64,000 nt of DNA from Planctomycetota bacterium (lineage in GTDB: Bacteria > Planctomycetota > UBA1135 > JAKEFM01). The stretch is taken from contig JAKEFM010000284.1 in NCBI GenBank assembly GCA_022616055.1, positions 18,636 to 82,635 of the forward strand. Direction: 5' to 3'. The position numbers and the translations under genes were made by a program. The notes beneath the pieces are model-generated. The model worked only from the letters and a program-made list of their open reading frames with translations, did no database searches and was not told the DNA's origin. Below, piece after piece: positions 7,479-15,219 of the stretch (its first letter is position 1; every line of letters begins with the position of its first letter).

Positions 7479-10439
7479 ATGGCCCCGGATCCCCTCCCCG
7501 CCCGGCCGGAGATCCTCCTCGCCAATGCCGACTGGGTGCGGGCGCTCGCCCGGAGCCTCGCGAGCGACTCCGCGGAGGCCGACGACCTGGAGCAGGAGAC
7601 CTGGCTCGCGGCCCTCGACCACCCGGCCCCCACGGGCGGACGGCTCCGACCCTGGCTCGTCCGGGTGCTGCGCAACCTCGTGCGGAAGAGGCGTCGAACC
7701 GACCTCCGCCGGAAAGCGAGGGAGGAGGCCTCCGCCGGACCCTCCCCTCCCGGCGATCCCGCGGCGCTCGTCGAGCGGATCTCGATTCAGCAAGACGTCG
7801 TCCGGACGGTGGTCGCCCTCGACGAGCCCTATCGGTCCACGCTCCTCCTCCGGTACTTCGAGGGGCTCGAGATCGGCGAGATCGCACGCCGCCAGAGGAT
7901 CCCCCACGCCACGGTCCGGCAGCGACTGAAGAGGGGGCGGGAGCGCCTCCGCGAACGGCTCCTCCCTCGCTATGGAGGTGATCGGGAGGCCTGGTCGGCC
8001 GCGATGCTGCGCCTCGCGGAAACGCTCCGACCGCACCCGGCGCCGCTCCCACCCGGGGTCCCGGTGCTCGCCGCCGCCGGGAAGAAGGTGGCGGTCGGGA
8101 TCGCCGCGACCCTCCTCGTCGGCGTCGTCGGCTGGAGGGCAGGGATCTTCCCCGTCGGGCCGCCCGCAAACCCGATCCCCCCGACACCCGTGGCGGAGGC
8201 CACGCCCTTCCCAGGGAACGAGCGGGAGACCGGGAGGTCGGCGGACGAGTCGAGGTCTCCGGGTGCCGTGCGACGTGCTGCGGTCGCGGCTTCGCCCGCG
8301 ACCGACGGAGGATCGGGAGACGCGACCGCGTCCGGCCGTCTCGTCGTCCGGGCGCGCTGGAGGGAGGACGGCAGGGCGGCGGAGGGAGTCGTGGCGGTGG
8401 TCGGGAGGCCGGGTTCGACGGACTCGTGGACGGCCTGCGCGGAGACCGACGATCGAGGTGAGGTCCACTTCGTGCGCCTCCTCGCCGGTCGGTTCCGGGC
8501 TGCCCTCTGGGGGGGCGAGGAGGAGGAGGTGCTCGTGGCCGGAGGGGAGGAGGTCCGCGTGGAGTTGTCGGTCCCGCGCGGATTCGCGGTCGTGGGACGC
8601 GTCGTCGACCAAGGAGAGAGAGGCGTCCCCTCGGCCGATCTCTGGCTCTCGGCTCCCGAGAATTCCCGGCTCGGACTCGTCGTCTGCAAGACGGACGAGT
8701 CGGGAGGGTTCCGCCTCCCGTTCGTGACGGTGGACCAGTTCATCGGGGCGCGTGCCGCCGGGAAGCCCCCTTCCTACCTGCAGTCCGTCCGCGGCCGACC
8801 GGGGGACGAGGTCCGGATCCGGATCGTCCTCGAAGATTCCACGGCCCGGCTCGCGGGGAGCGTCTTCGACGGCTCCGGGGCTCCCGTCGCGGGTGCGTCC
8901 GTCGCCGTCACCGACCCGGACCGGAACTCGACCGTCCTGCTCTTCGACGGTCGAGGGACCCGCAATCCGCCGCCGCAGTGGAAGGTGACGGACGGAAGCG
9001 GAGCGTTCCGGTTCGACTCCCTCGCGCCGAGGCGCCTGCTCCTGGTCGTCTGGGCGCGGGGATTCGGCCTGTTCCGCAGGGTGATGGAGGCGCCCTCCAC
9101 GGACGAGGAGGAGGTCCGCGTGACGCTCGAGCCGGAGGCGCGGGTGTCGGGTCGCGTGACGGACGACCGCGGCCGCCCTGTCGCTCGCGCGAGGGTGGAG
9201 CGGATCGGGCCCGAGTCCATCTCTCGGTCGAGCGTGACCTCGGACGAAGACGGACGGTTCGAGCTCGCCGACCTCCCCGCCGAGGAGGCGACCTTCACGG
9301 CCCGCCACGATCGCCTCGGATTCGCCCTCGTCCGGCTGCGGCCGGAGGCGGGTCGGACGAAGGAGTGGAACCCGGTCCTGGCGAAGGAGGGGGGGCTCTC
9401 CGGCGACCTCGCCGACGCGTCGGGCCGTCCGCTCGGGGGCTGGTCGATCACCGTCCGGGACCCCTCGGAGCGCGATGCGCGAGAGACGGTTGTCCAGACC
9501 CGCTCGGACGGGTCGTTCTCCGTCCCGCTCCCGCCGGAGGGGCGACTCGAGATCCAGGCCTGCGCGCCCGGGGCCTGGACGGAGTTCCCGGCGCTCGTGC
9601 GACGCGACGTCGATCCCGACGCCGGCCCGATCCACCTCGTCCTCGCCGAACCGGATCGCACGTTCGGCCGGATCCTCGGGGCCGTCGCCGACCCCGAGGG
9701 GAAGCCGTCGGACGACGCGCTCGTGAGCGTCGACTCTCCCGGCTCGGCCCTGTGGCGGGGGTTCGTCCCCGAGGCCGGGACCGGCCGATTCGAGATCGAA
9801 CGGGTTCCTCCGGGACCCTGCCTCGTGGAAGTGCGCCCCCGCGAGTTCCCCTGGGTGTCCCTCGGTTCGCTCGAGGTCCGGGCGGGCGAGGTCGTCGACG
9901 TCGGGGCGGTCCGCCTCCGGCGGGGAGGAACGCTGAGCGGCGAGATCACTGGCGCCGCGGAGGCGTCGCTCGCGACCCTCGAGATCGAGCTCGCCGCCGA
10001 GGAATGGAAGGCTGCGAGGCCCGTCAGCCGGACCGGCAAGCGATTCTGGACGGGAAGCCTCGCCCCGGGCCGCTATCGACTCTCGGTCCGAGGAGACGGC
10101 CTCTGGAGCGAGGGGGCCGAGTGCGAGGTCGAGGAGGGGCTCGCGAAGCGAGTCGAGATCGCGGTCGAGCGCGCGGGTCTCCGGCGGGCGCTCTTCGAGC
10201 TCCCGCCCGACGCGACCCGGCCCGGTTGGCTCTGGTGCGAGGTCTACCGGGACGAGGAGCCGATCTGGGTCTGGGGCATGGAACCTTCGCCCTGGCGCGC
10301 GCCGGAGGCCCGGATCTCCGTCCCCCCCGGCGTGTATCGCCTCCATGCGGGGACGGACACCGGCCTCTCCTACGAGGGGCCGCTCGAGATGGGGGCCGCC
10401 GGCGAGGAGGGACCCTCGCTCTCCGTCCCTCTGCGCTAG
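7479..10439 (+). CDS. ECF sigma factor fused to a TM helix and a ~700 aa extracytoplasmic CarboxypepD_reg-like repeat array (copy 1)
   Basis: 986 aa from ATG 7479; the track start at 7299 adds an R-rich, non-protein-like leader. Sigma region 2 reads DDLEQETWLAALDH...WLVRVLRNLVRKRRR. Region 4 reads LDEPYRSTLLLRYFEGLEIGEIARRQRIPHATVRQRLKRGRERL. The TM helix is KKVAVGIAATLLVGVVGW. At least five G-x-V-x-D-x-x-G-x-P motifs follow (GRVVDQGERGVPSADLWL, GSVFDGSGAPVAGASVAV, GRVTDDRGRPVARARVER, GDLADASGRPLGGWSITV, GAVADPEGKPSDDALVSV). Confidence 0.8.
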   Translation: MAPDPLPARPEILLANADWVRALARSLASDSAEADDLEQETWLAALDHPAPTGGRLRPWLVRVLRNLVRKRRRTDLRRKAREEASAGPSPPGDPAALVERISIQQDVVRTVVALDEPYRSTLLLRYFEGLEIGEIARRQRIPHATVRQRLKRGRERLRERLLPRYGGDREAWSAAMLRLAETLRPHPAPLPPGVPVLAAAGKKVAVGIAATLLVGVVGWRAGIFPVGPPANPIPPTPVAEATPFPGNERETGRSADESRSPGAVRRAAVAASPATDGGSGDATASGRLVVRARWREDGRAAEGVVAVVGRPGSTDSWTACAETDDRGEVHFVRLLAGRFRAALWGGEEEEVLVAGGEEVRVELSVPRGFAVVGRVVDQGERGVPSADLWLSAPENSRLGLVVCKTDESGGFRLPFVTVDQFIGARAAGKPPSYLQSVRGRPGDEVRIRIVLEDSTARLAGSVFDGSGAPVAGASVAVTDPDRNSTVLLFDGRGTRNPPPQWKVTDGSGAFRFDSLAPRRLLLVVWARGFGLFRRVMEAPSTDEEEVRVTLEPEARVSGRVTDDRGRPVARARVERIGPESISRSSVTSDEDGRFELADLPAEEATFTARHDRLGFALVRLRPEAGRTKEWNPVLAKEGGLSGDLADASGRPLGGWSITVRDPSERDARETVVQTRSDGSFSVPLPPEGRLEIQACAPGAWTEFPALVRRDVDPDAGPIHLVLAEPDRTFGRILGAVADPEGKPSDDALVSVDSPGSALWRGFVPEAGTGRFEIERVPPGPCLVEVRPREFPWVSLGSLEVRAGEVVDVGAVRLRRGGTLSGEITGAAEASLATLEIELAAEEWKAARPVSRTGKRFWTGSLAPGRYRLSVRGDGLWSEGAECEVEEGLAKRVEIAVERAGLRRALFELPPDATRPGWLWCEVYRDEEPIWVWGMEPSPWRAPEARISVPPGVYRLHAGTDTGLSYEGPLEMGAAGEEGPSLSVPLR

Positions 10440-10786
10440 ATCCCGACGCGAAGCTCGAGACCGTTGCTCGCCGTGACGAGGAACGGGGCGGCCGGATCGA
10501 GGAGGGCGGCCTGGAGGTAGAGGCTCGCGTTCGCGAGCACGGCCAGGATGGGAATCGGAATCGGGATGTCGACCGTCCCGGCGCCCGCCACGCCCGGAGC
10601 GCCGAGCTTCGTGAACGGGAGGAACGAGAGGAGCCCAGAGACGTAGCTCGTCATCCCGGGGACGGGAGTATCCGGGAAGGCGGCCTCGGCCGTCCCCACG
10701 GCGAGGAGGGCCGGTGCGCCGCCGAGCCCGCGCCGCAGCCGGACCGCGGCGGTCGTCGAGCCGGGACGGAGCGGCCCGGTCGCGCC
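10436..10786 (-). pseudogene. Orphan fragment encoding only the shared exoprotein C-terminal module (no passenger domain, no signal peptide)
   Basis: The minus-strand translation ...GLGGAPALLAVGTAEAAFPDTPVPGMTSYVSGLLSFLPFTKLGAPGVAGAGTVDIPIPIPILAVLANASLYLQAALLDPAAPFLVTASNGLELRVGI* aligns with the C-termini of the genes ending at 12855, 15011, 30086, 44764 and 49144. The upstream part of ORF 10436..10981 is R/S/P-rich and overlaps the start of the next gene. Confidence 0.45.
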
Positions 10787-10968
10787 TCGGACCGGCCCCG
10801 ACTCTACTGCCGAGGGGGACCGGGCGGAACCCGTCCCGGATCGAGGAGGAAGGGGGCACGCTTGACGGCTCCGAACCTCGACGGATAGCGTCAGCCGTGA
10901 ACGCGGATCCAAGAGAAGACCGGTTCGGGGGGAGGGCCCGCGTGAGTCCCGTTGTGTGAGGTGACGAC

Positions 10969-12855
10969 ATGATCCGGACACTCCTCGCGTCGACCCTCCT
11001 CCTCGCCCCTCTCGCCTCCGTCGCGACCGCCCAGTCGACGGCGTGCGTGGCCGGGGCGCCGGTCAGCTCCTACTGGGTCTGCCCCTACGCGTCCGGGTTC
11101 ACCTCGATCCTCGGCGATCCCGCGACCCAGTCGGTCGGATTCGGCTCCTGCTCGGACAATTCCCAGACGAACCCGAACGGGATCTCGATCCCCTTCGCCT
11201 TCTCCTACTTCGGATCGGCGACGAACTCCGTCCGGCCGAACACGAACGGCTCGATGAAGATCGGGTCGGGGGGAGGGGGAGACACGCCCGCGAACCAGGT
11301 CCTCCCCTCCACCGCGTCGCCCAACGGGATGGTGGCGCCCTTCTGGGACGACCTGAAGACGGGGCCGGTGGGCGATCCCTCCGCCATCTCCTACCTCGCG
11401 ACGCCCGCCTCCCTGATCGTCGAGTGGAACAACATGAAGTTCTCCGCGGCCGGCGCGTCGGGAGGCTCGCCGGGCCGGAACGGGAGCGTCACCTTCCAGG
11501 CCGCGCTCTTCCCGAACGGCGTGATCGAGTTCCGCTACGGGCCCTACACGCCCCCCGACACGACCACCTGCCCGCCGTACCCCGCGGACTCCTGCGGCTC
11601 CTCCTCGGCGTTCCCGCAGTCGGGGCCGACCGCGACGATCGGCCTCGAGAACACGGGCGGGACGGTCGGGGTCGACGGGACGGGGCTCGGAGGGGCGAAT
11701 CCCGCCCCCCCCCGCCACAACCTCCGCTTCACCCCCGCGACGGTGACCCCGGTCCCGGTCACCTACACGGTCACCTCGAACGGGACCCCCCCCTTCGCGT
11801 CGATCCAGGGCCTCCCGGGGACCATCCCGATGCTCCCGAGCCCGGGGTTCAACGACCCCGCGACCTGCCCGTCCTGCCCGGACAACTCGGGGTGGTTGCG
11901 CCAGCCGACGGCCGGGCCCGGCTCCGCGGCGAGCGGACCCGGGTCGATCCCCTGGCCCTTCACCCTCTTCGGGAGGGTCGCCCGCCACTTCAACCTCAAC
12001 GCGAACGGCATCCTCGTCCTCGGCGACCCGCTCGGCGGGGATCTCTCGTCGAACGCCTCCCCCTCGAGCAGCGCCGCCCCCAACTTCTACATCGCCCCGT
12101 TCTGGGACGACCTCGAGGCGACGGGGAGCTCCTTCGTGGGGGTGCGCCTCGGGAGCGTCCCGCCGTTCCGGACCCTGACGTTCGAGTGGAACGGCCTGGG
12201 GCTCTTCGACGGGACCTCGGGGGACTGCTCCGCGAGCGCCGACAGCGTCCGGATGCAGGTCGTCCTCCTCGAGGCCTCGGACAACATCGAGATCCGGTAC
12301 GACCCCACGAGCGTCCTCGGCGCGGGCTTCTCCGCCACCGCCGCGGTCGAGTCCGCCAGCGGTGCGTCCTCCGTGTCCACTCTCCCCGACTCGTCGAACG
12401 CCGCCCTCCCTCCGAGCAACGTCCTCCTCGACCCCTGCGACTGCGGAGCGGTCCGCTACCTCGGGCTCGGCTGCCCGGGGACGGGGGGCTTCGTCCCGAG
12501 GATCGGGACGACGGGCGTGGCGCCCGTCCTCGGCGCGGCGAACTTCGGCGTGACGATCACGGACGCGCTCGGGGGAGCGCCCGCGACCTTCGTCGTCGGG
12601 CTGGGTCCGCTCGGGCCGGGCGGACTCGTCGTCGTCCCGCCCTGCACGATGTGGGGCTTCGGGCTCCTGACGGCGGGGGGGGGACTGACGACCCCCGGGC
12701 CGCCCGGGTCGGGGACCCGCTGCGTCCTCGCGCCGATCCCGGCTGACCCCTCCCTGTCCTGCGGTACGCTCTCCCTCCAGGCCTCGGTCGTCGACCTCGG
12801 CGCCGCGAGCGGCCTCGTCGCGTTCACCGAGACGCTCCTCGTGACGATTCTCTAG
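10969..12855 (+). CDS. Secreted protein with two NIDO-like modules and the shared C-terminal module
   Basis: 628 aa. Signal peptide MIRTLLASTLLLAPLASVATAQS, with RBS GAGGTGA 5 nt upstream. The module is duplicated: FAFSYFG...VRPNTNG...APFWDDL...VEWNN...FQAALFPNGVIEFRY is followed by a second copy FTLFG...LNANG...APFWDDL...FEWNG...MQVVLLEASDNIEIRY. The C-terminus is ...PIPADPSLSCGTLSLQASVVD...TETLLVTIL. Confidence 0.85.
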   Translation: MIRTLLASTLLLAPLASVATAQSTACVAGAPVSSYWVCPYASGFTSILGDPATQSVGFGSCSDNSQTNPNGISIPFAFSYFGSATNSVRPNTNGSMKIGSGGGGDTPANQVLPSTASPNGMVAPFWDDLKTGPVGDPSAISYLATPASLIVEWNNMKFSAAGASGGSPGRNGSVTFQAALFPNGVIEFRYGPYTPPDTTTCPPYPADSCGSSSAFPQSGPTATIGLENTGGTVGVDGTGLGGANPAPPRHNLRFTPATVTPVPVTYTVTSNGTPPFASIQGLPGTIPMLPSPGFNDPATCPSCPDNSGWLRQPTAGPGSAASGPGSIPWPFTLFGRVARHFNLNANGILVLGDPLGGDLSSNASPSSSAAPNFYIAPFWDDLEATGSSFVGVRLGSVPPFRTLTFEWNGLGLFDGTSGDCSASADSVRMQVVLLEASDNIEIRYDPTSVLGAGFSATAAVESASGASSVSTLPDSSNAALPPSNVLLDPCDCGAVRYLGLGCPGTGGFVPRIGTTGVAPVLGAANFGVTITDALGGAPATFVVGLGPLGPGGLVVVPPCTMWGFGLLTAGGGLTTPGPPGSGTRCVLAPIPADPSLSCGTLSLQASVVDLGAASGLVAFTETLLVTIL

Positions 12856-12860
12856 CCCCT

Positions 12861-12921
12861 CGAAGGGGGGCCCGAGCGATACCGGAGCGCCGATCCGGGG
12901 TTTCTCGGAGGCCCCCCTTCG
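12861..12921 (+). other. Long intergenic stem-loop between two co-oriented exoprotein genes
   Basis: CGAAGGGGGGCC (12861-12872) pairs with GGCCCCCCTTCG (12910-12921). It extends through CCGAG/CTCGG, and there is a smaller competing hairpin CCCCT-cga-AGGGG right after the stop codon. Confidence 0.5.
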
Positions 12922-12944
12922 TCTCCAGCCCGGGAGGATCCGGC

Positions 12945-15011
12945 ATGCGACCCGCCACGATCCTGACGCTCCTCCTCGCCGCGCGGGCCTCCGCCCAGGG
13001 CTCCCCGACCGGCCTCGCCGCGACGGTCCAGTCCGGCCAGACCTTCCTCACCTGGAACGAGGTCGCCGGCGCGGGGGTGAAGTACCGCGTCTACCGCTCG
13101 ACCTCCCCGATCGCCTCCGCCGCGAGCCTCCCCTCCGCGGTCCTCCTCGGCGAGGTCGGCGACGCGACGAGCGAGAACGTCCGGGCGACGGGGCTCACCG
13201 GCGCGACGACCTTCTTCCGGATCACCGACCTCGGCCCCCCGCTCGCCGCCTCCCAGGGGCTCTTCGTCCACACGCAGACGGTCGCCGAGGACGCCTTCTA
13301 CGCGCTGACCTCCGTCGCCGGCGGCGTCGAGAACACCTCGATCGCGACCGGCGCGAACTCCCTCGCGGCGCCGGCGGTCGAGGTCCCGGCGATCCCGCGC
13401 CCCGTCCTCCAGGTCCTGCAGGGGGACCTGCGGGACTACGTCCACTGGGTCTCCGCCCACGACTCCCCCTTCGCCCCGGCGATGTGGAACGCGCCGAGCC
13501 GGGCCTTCAACCTCCGGGTCCGCTTCGATCCCTCGGCGAGCCCGCTCCCGCGCCCCGTCCTCCTCGTGATGCACGCCCGGGGAGGGAACTACGCGGCGAC
13601 GGGGATCCCCGACCTCTCCCATCCCGAGGCGGTGATCCTCTCCCCCGACGACTGGATCGGGGCCGCGCCGATGAACACGTTCTGGTACGGGATGAACGCG
13701 GGGTTCCCGGCGATCGGCTCGTTCCCCGGCTTCCTGAACGTCGACACCACCGTCCGCCGCGTGATGGCGGAACTGGACTTCGTCCAGGCCGAGTTCCCGA
13801 CCGACCCGGCCCGGGTCCACGCGCGCGGCGCCTCGATGGGCGGGATCGGGGCGGTCTTCCTCGCCTACCGTCACCCGGACCGGTTCGCGGCGGCCCACGC
13901 CGTGATCCCGAAGTTCGACTTCGGCTGCGCCGCGAACGGTTGCTGGATCGAGCCCCAGGCGGGGAACCAGCTGTGGGGCACCGTAGCCCAGAACCTCCCG
14001 ACGACCGACGGCATCGGCGTCTACGACCGGCTCGACCTCGGCTTCCTCGCGGGGATGGACCCCGGAACCGACCTCCCCCCGATCTTCGCGTTCAACGGCC
14101 GCAACGACGTCGTCGTCGGCTGGCCCGAGAAGCCCCCCACCTACGCGGCGATCCAGGCCGCCCGCCAGCCCGCGGAGTTCTACTGGGACGACGGGACGCA
14201 CGGCGCGCCGAATCCCGTCGGGGCGGGGCCCTGGGCGCAGGTGATCGGCCAGCGCAGGAACCTCCTCTGGAGCCTCCGGATCGACCAGGCGGTCCCCGCG
14301 TTCTCGAACCTGTCGGTCGACGACGACCCGGGCGACGGCGATCCCGACGTCGGCGACCTCGTCGGGACGATCAACGGGTACGCGACCTGGGACCTCGCCA
14401 CGATCGAGGACGAGGCGGACCATCACGCCCTCGTCGCGTCCCTCCGGACCGGGCCCGGACCGGACGCCTCCCCCTCCCCGTCCGCGACGGCGGACTGGAC
14501 TCCGCGCCGGCTCCAGGCCTTCCCCCGGGCGCCGGGGATGCACGCGAGGTTCTCGAACGAGCAGCAGCCCGCGGGCCTCCTGATCGACGACCGCGTCGTC
14601 ACGGCGGACGGCGACGGCGTGTTCACGGTCGGGGCCGCGACCCTGACGACGGCGGGGAACCTCCTCCGTCTGGAGACGATCGACCTCTCGTCGCTTCCCG
14701 CGCTCCTCGCGACCGGGGTCGTGCGCCCGGGCGGGTTCCTCCACCTGAACGTCTTCGGCGCCCCCGCCGAGCCCTCCTTCCTCTTCCTCGGGGTCCTCCC
14801 CGCCTCCTTCACGGTCCCCGGCATCTCCGGGACCGTCGGGATCGGCGATCCGACGCTCCTCGTGGGCGCGCCGATCGGCGTGGACGGGAAGCTCGTCGTC
14901 GCGATCCCCCTCGATCCGTCCCTCTCCTGCTTCATCGGGGCGACGGTGAGGTTCCAGGCGCTCGTGTCCCTCGCGCTCACGGGGACCGAGGTCGTGACGC
15001 TCCTCCCCTGA
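12945..15011 (+). CDS. Secreted alpha/beta-hydrolase (esterase-like) with an FN3-like N-terminus and the shared C-terminal module
   Basis: 688 aa. Signal peptide MRPATILTLLLAARASAQG. The nucleophile elbow GASMGG sits in HARGASMGGIGAVFLAYRHPDRF. The C-terminus ...VVAIPLDPSLSCFIGATVRFQALVSLALTGTEVVTLLP matches the shared module. Confidence 0.8.
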   Translation: MRPATILTLLLAARASAQGSPTGLAATVQSGQTFLTWNEVAGAGVKYRVYRSTSPIASAASLPSAVLLGEVGDATSENVRATGLTGATTFFRITDLGPPLAASQGLFVHTQTVAEDAFYALTSVAGGVENTSIATGANSLAAPAVEVPAIPRPVLQVLQGDLRDYVHWVSAHDSPFAPAMWNAPSRAFNLRVRFDPSASPLPRPVLLVMHARGGNYAATGIPDLSHPEAVILSPDDWIGAAPMNTFWYGMNAGFPAIGSFPGFLNVDTTVRRVMAELDFVQAEFPTDPARVHARGASMGGIGAVFLAYRHPDRFAAAHAVIPKFDFGCAANGCWIEPQAGNQLWGTVAQNLPTTDGIGVYDRLDLGFLAGMDPGTDLPPIFAFNGRNDVVVGWPEKPPTYAAIQAARQPAEFYWDDGTHGAPNPVGAGPWAQVIGQRRNLLWSLRIDQAVPAFSNLSVDDDPGDGDPDVGDLVGTINGYATWDLATIEDEADHHALVASLRTGPGPDASPSPSATADWTPRRLQAFPRAPGMHARFSNEQQPAGLLIDDRVVTADGDGVFTVGAATLTTAGNLLRLETIDLSSLPALLATGVVRPGGFLHLNVFGAPAEPSFLFLGVLPASFTVPGISGTVGIGDPTLLVGAPIGVDGKLVVAIPLDPSLSCFIGATVRFQALVSLALTGTEVVTLLP

Positions 15012-15070
15012 AGCCCCTCGGCGCCCGCCGGGGGAGGCACCCCGAGGCGCGGGGCCCGTCCTGCCCCGGA

Positions 15071-15099
15071 TTGAGATTCGGGGGAGCCCTTCGCATAAT
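15071..15099 (+). promoter_or_regulatory. Sigma-70-like promoter for hsp20 (TTGAGA-N17-CATAAT)
   Basis: TTGAGA at 15071-15076, an exactly 17-nt spacer, then CATAAT at 15094-15099. This AT-rich hexamer pair is unusual in the surrounding GC-rich sequence. It predicts a leader of about 110 nt before ATG 15220. Confidence 0.55.
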
Positions 15100-15219
15100 C
15101 GGGCCGCACGATACGAGGAGCGGCGGGATCGACGCCGGCCTTGCCCCTCCTCAGCGCGACGGGCGCGCGAGCGGGCACGCCGGTCGCGGAGGTGGATCCC
15201 GCCAGGAAGGACTCGCGTC

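Noticed and set aside
3434-7981. A 1515-aa plus-strand ORF, the longest in the track, spanning the tricorn gene region.
   Set aside because: It is antisense to a gene with clear protease and propeller motifs. Its translation is dominated by R/P/G/A/E runs with no recognisable domain. This is the typical shadow ORF of ~70% GC DNA.
10826-10900. GGAACC (10826-10831) and CCGAACC (10871-10877) elements upstream of the NIDO-like gene, as possible ECF -35 boxes.
   Set aside because: No CGTC/GTC lies at the required 16-18 nt. Only a CGTGA lies 18 nt after the second box. The first box also lies inside the orphan C-terminal-module fragment. The evidence is too weak to call.
7392-10970. A 1192-aa minus-strand ORF opposite sigma-fusion gene 1.
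   Set aside because: It has the same shadow-ORF composition (R/P/G/E-rich, no motifs). The plus-strand frame carries sigma regions 2 and 4, a TM helix and repeat domains.
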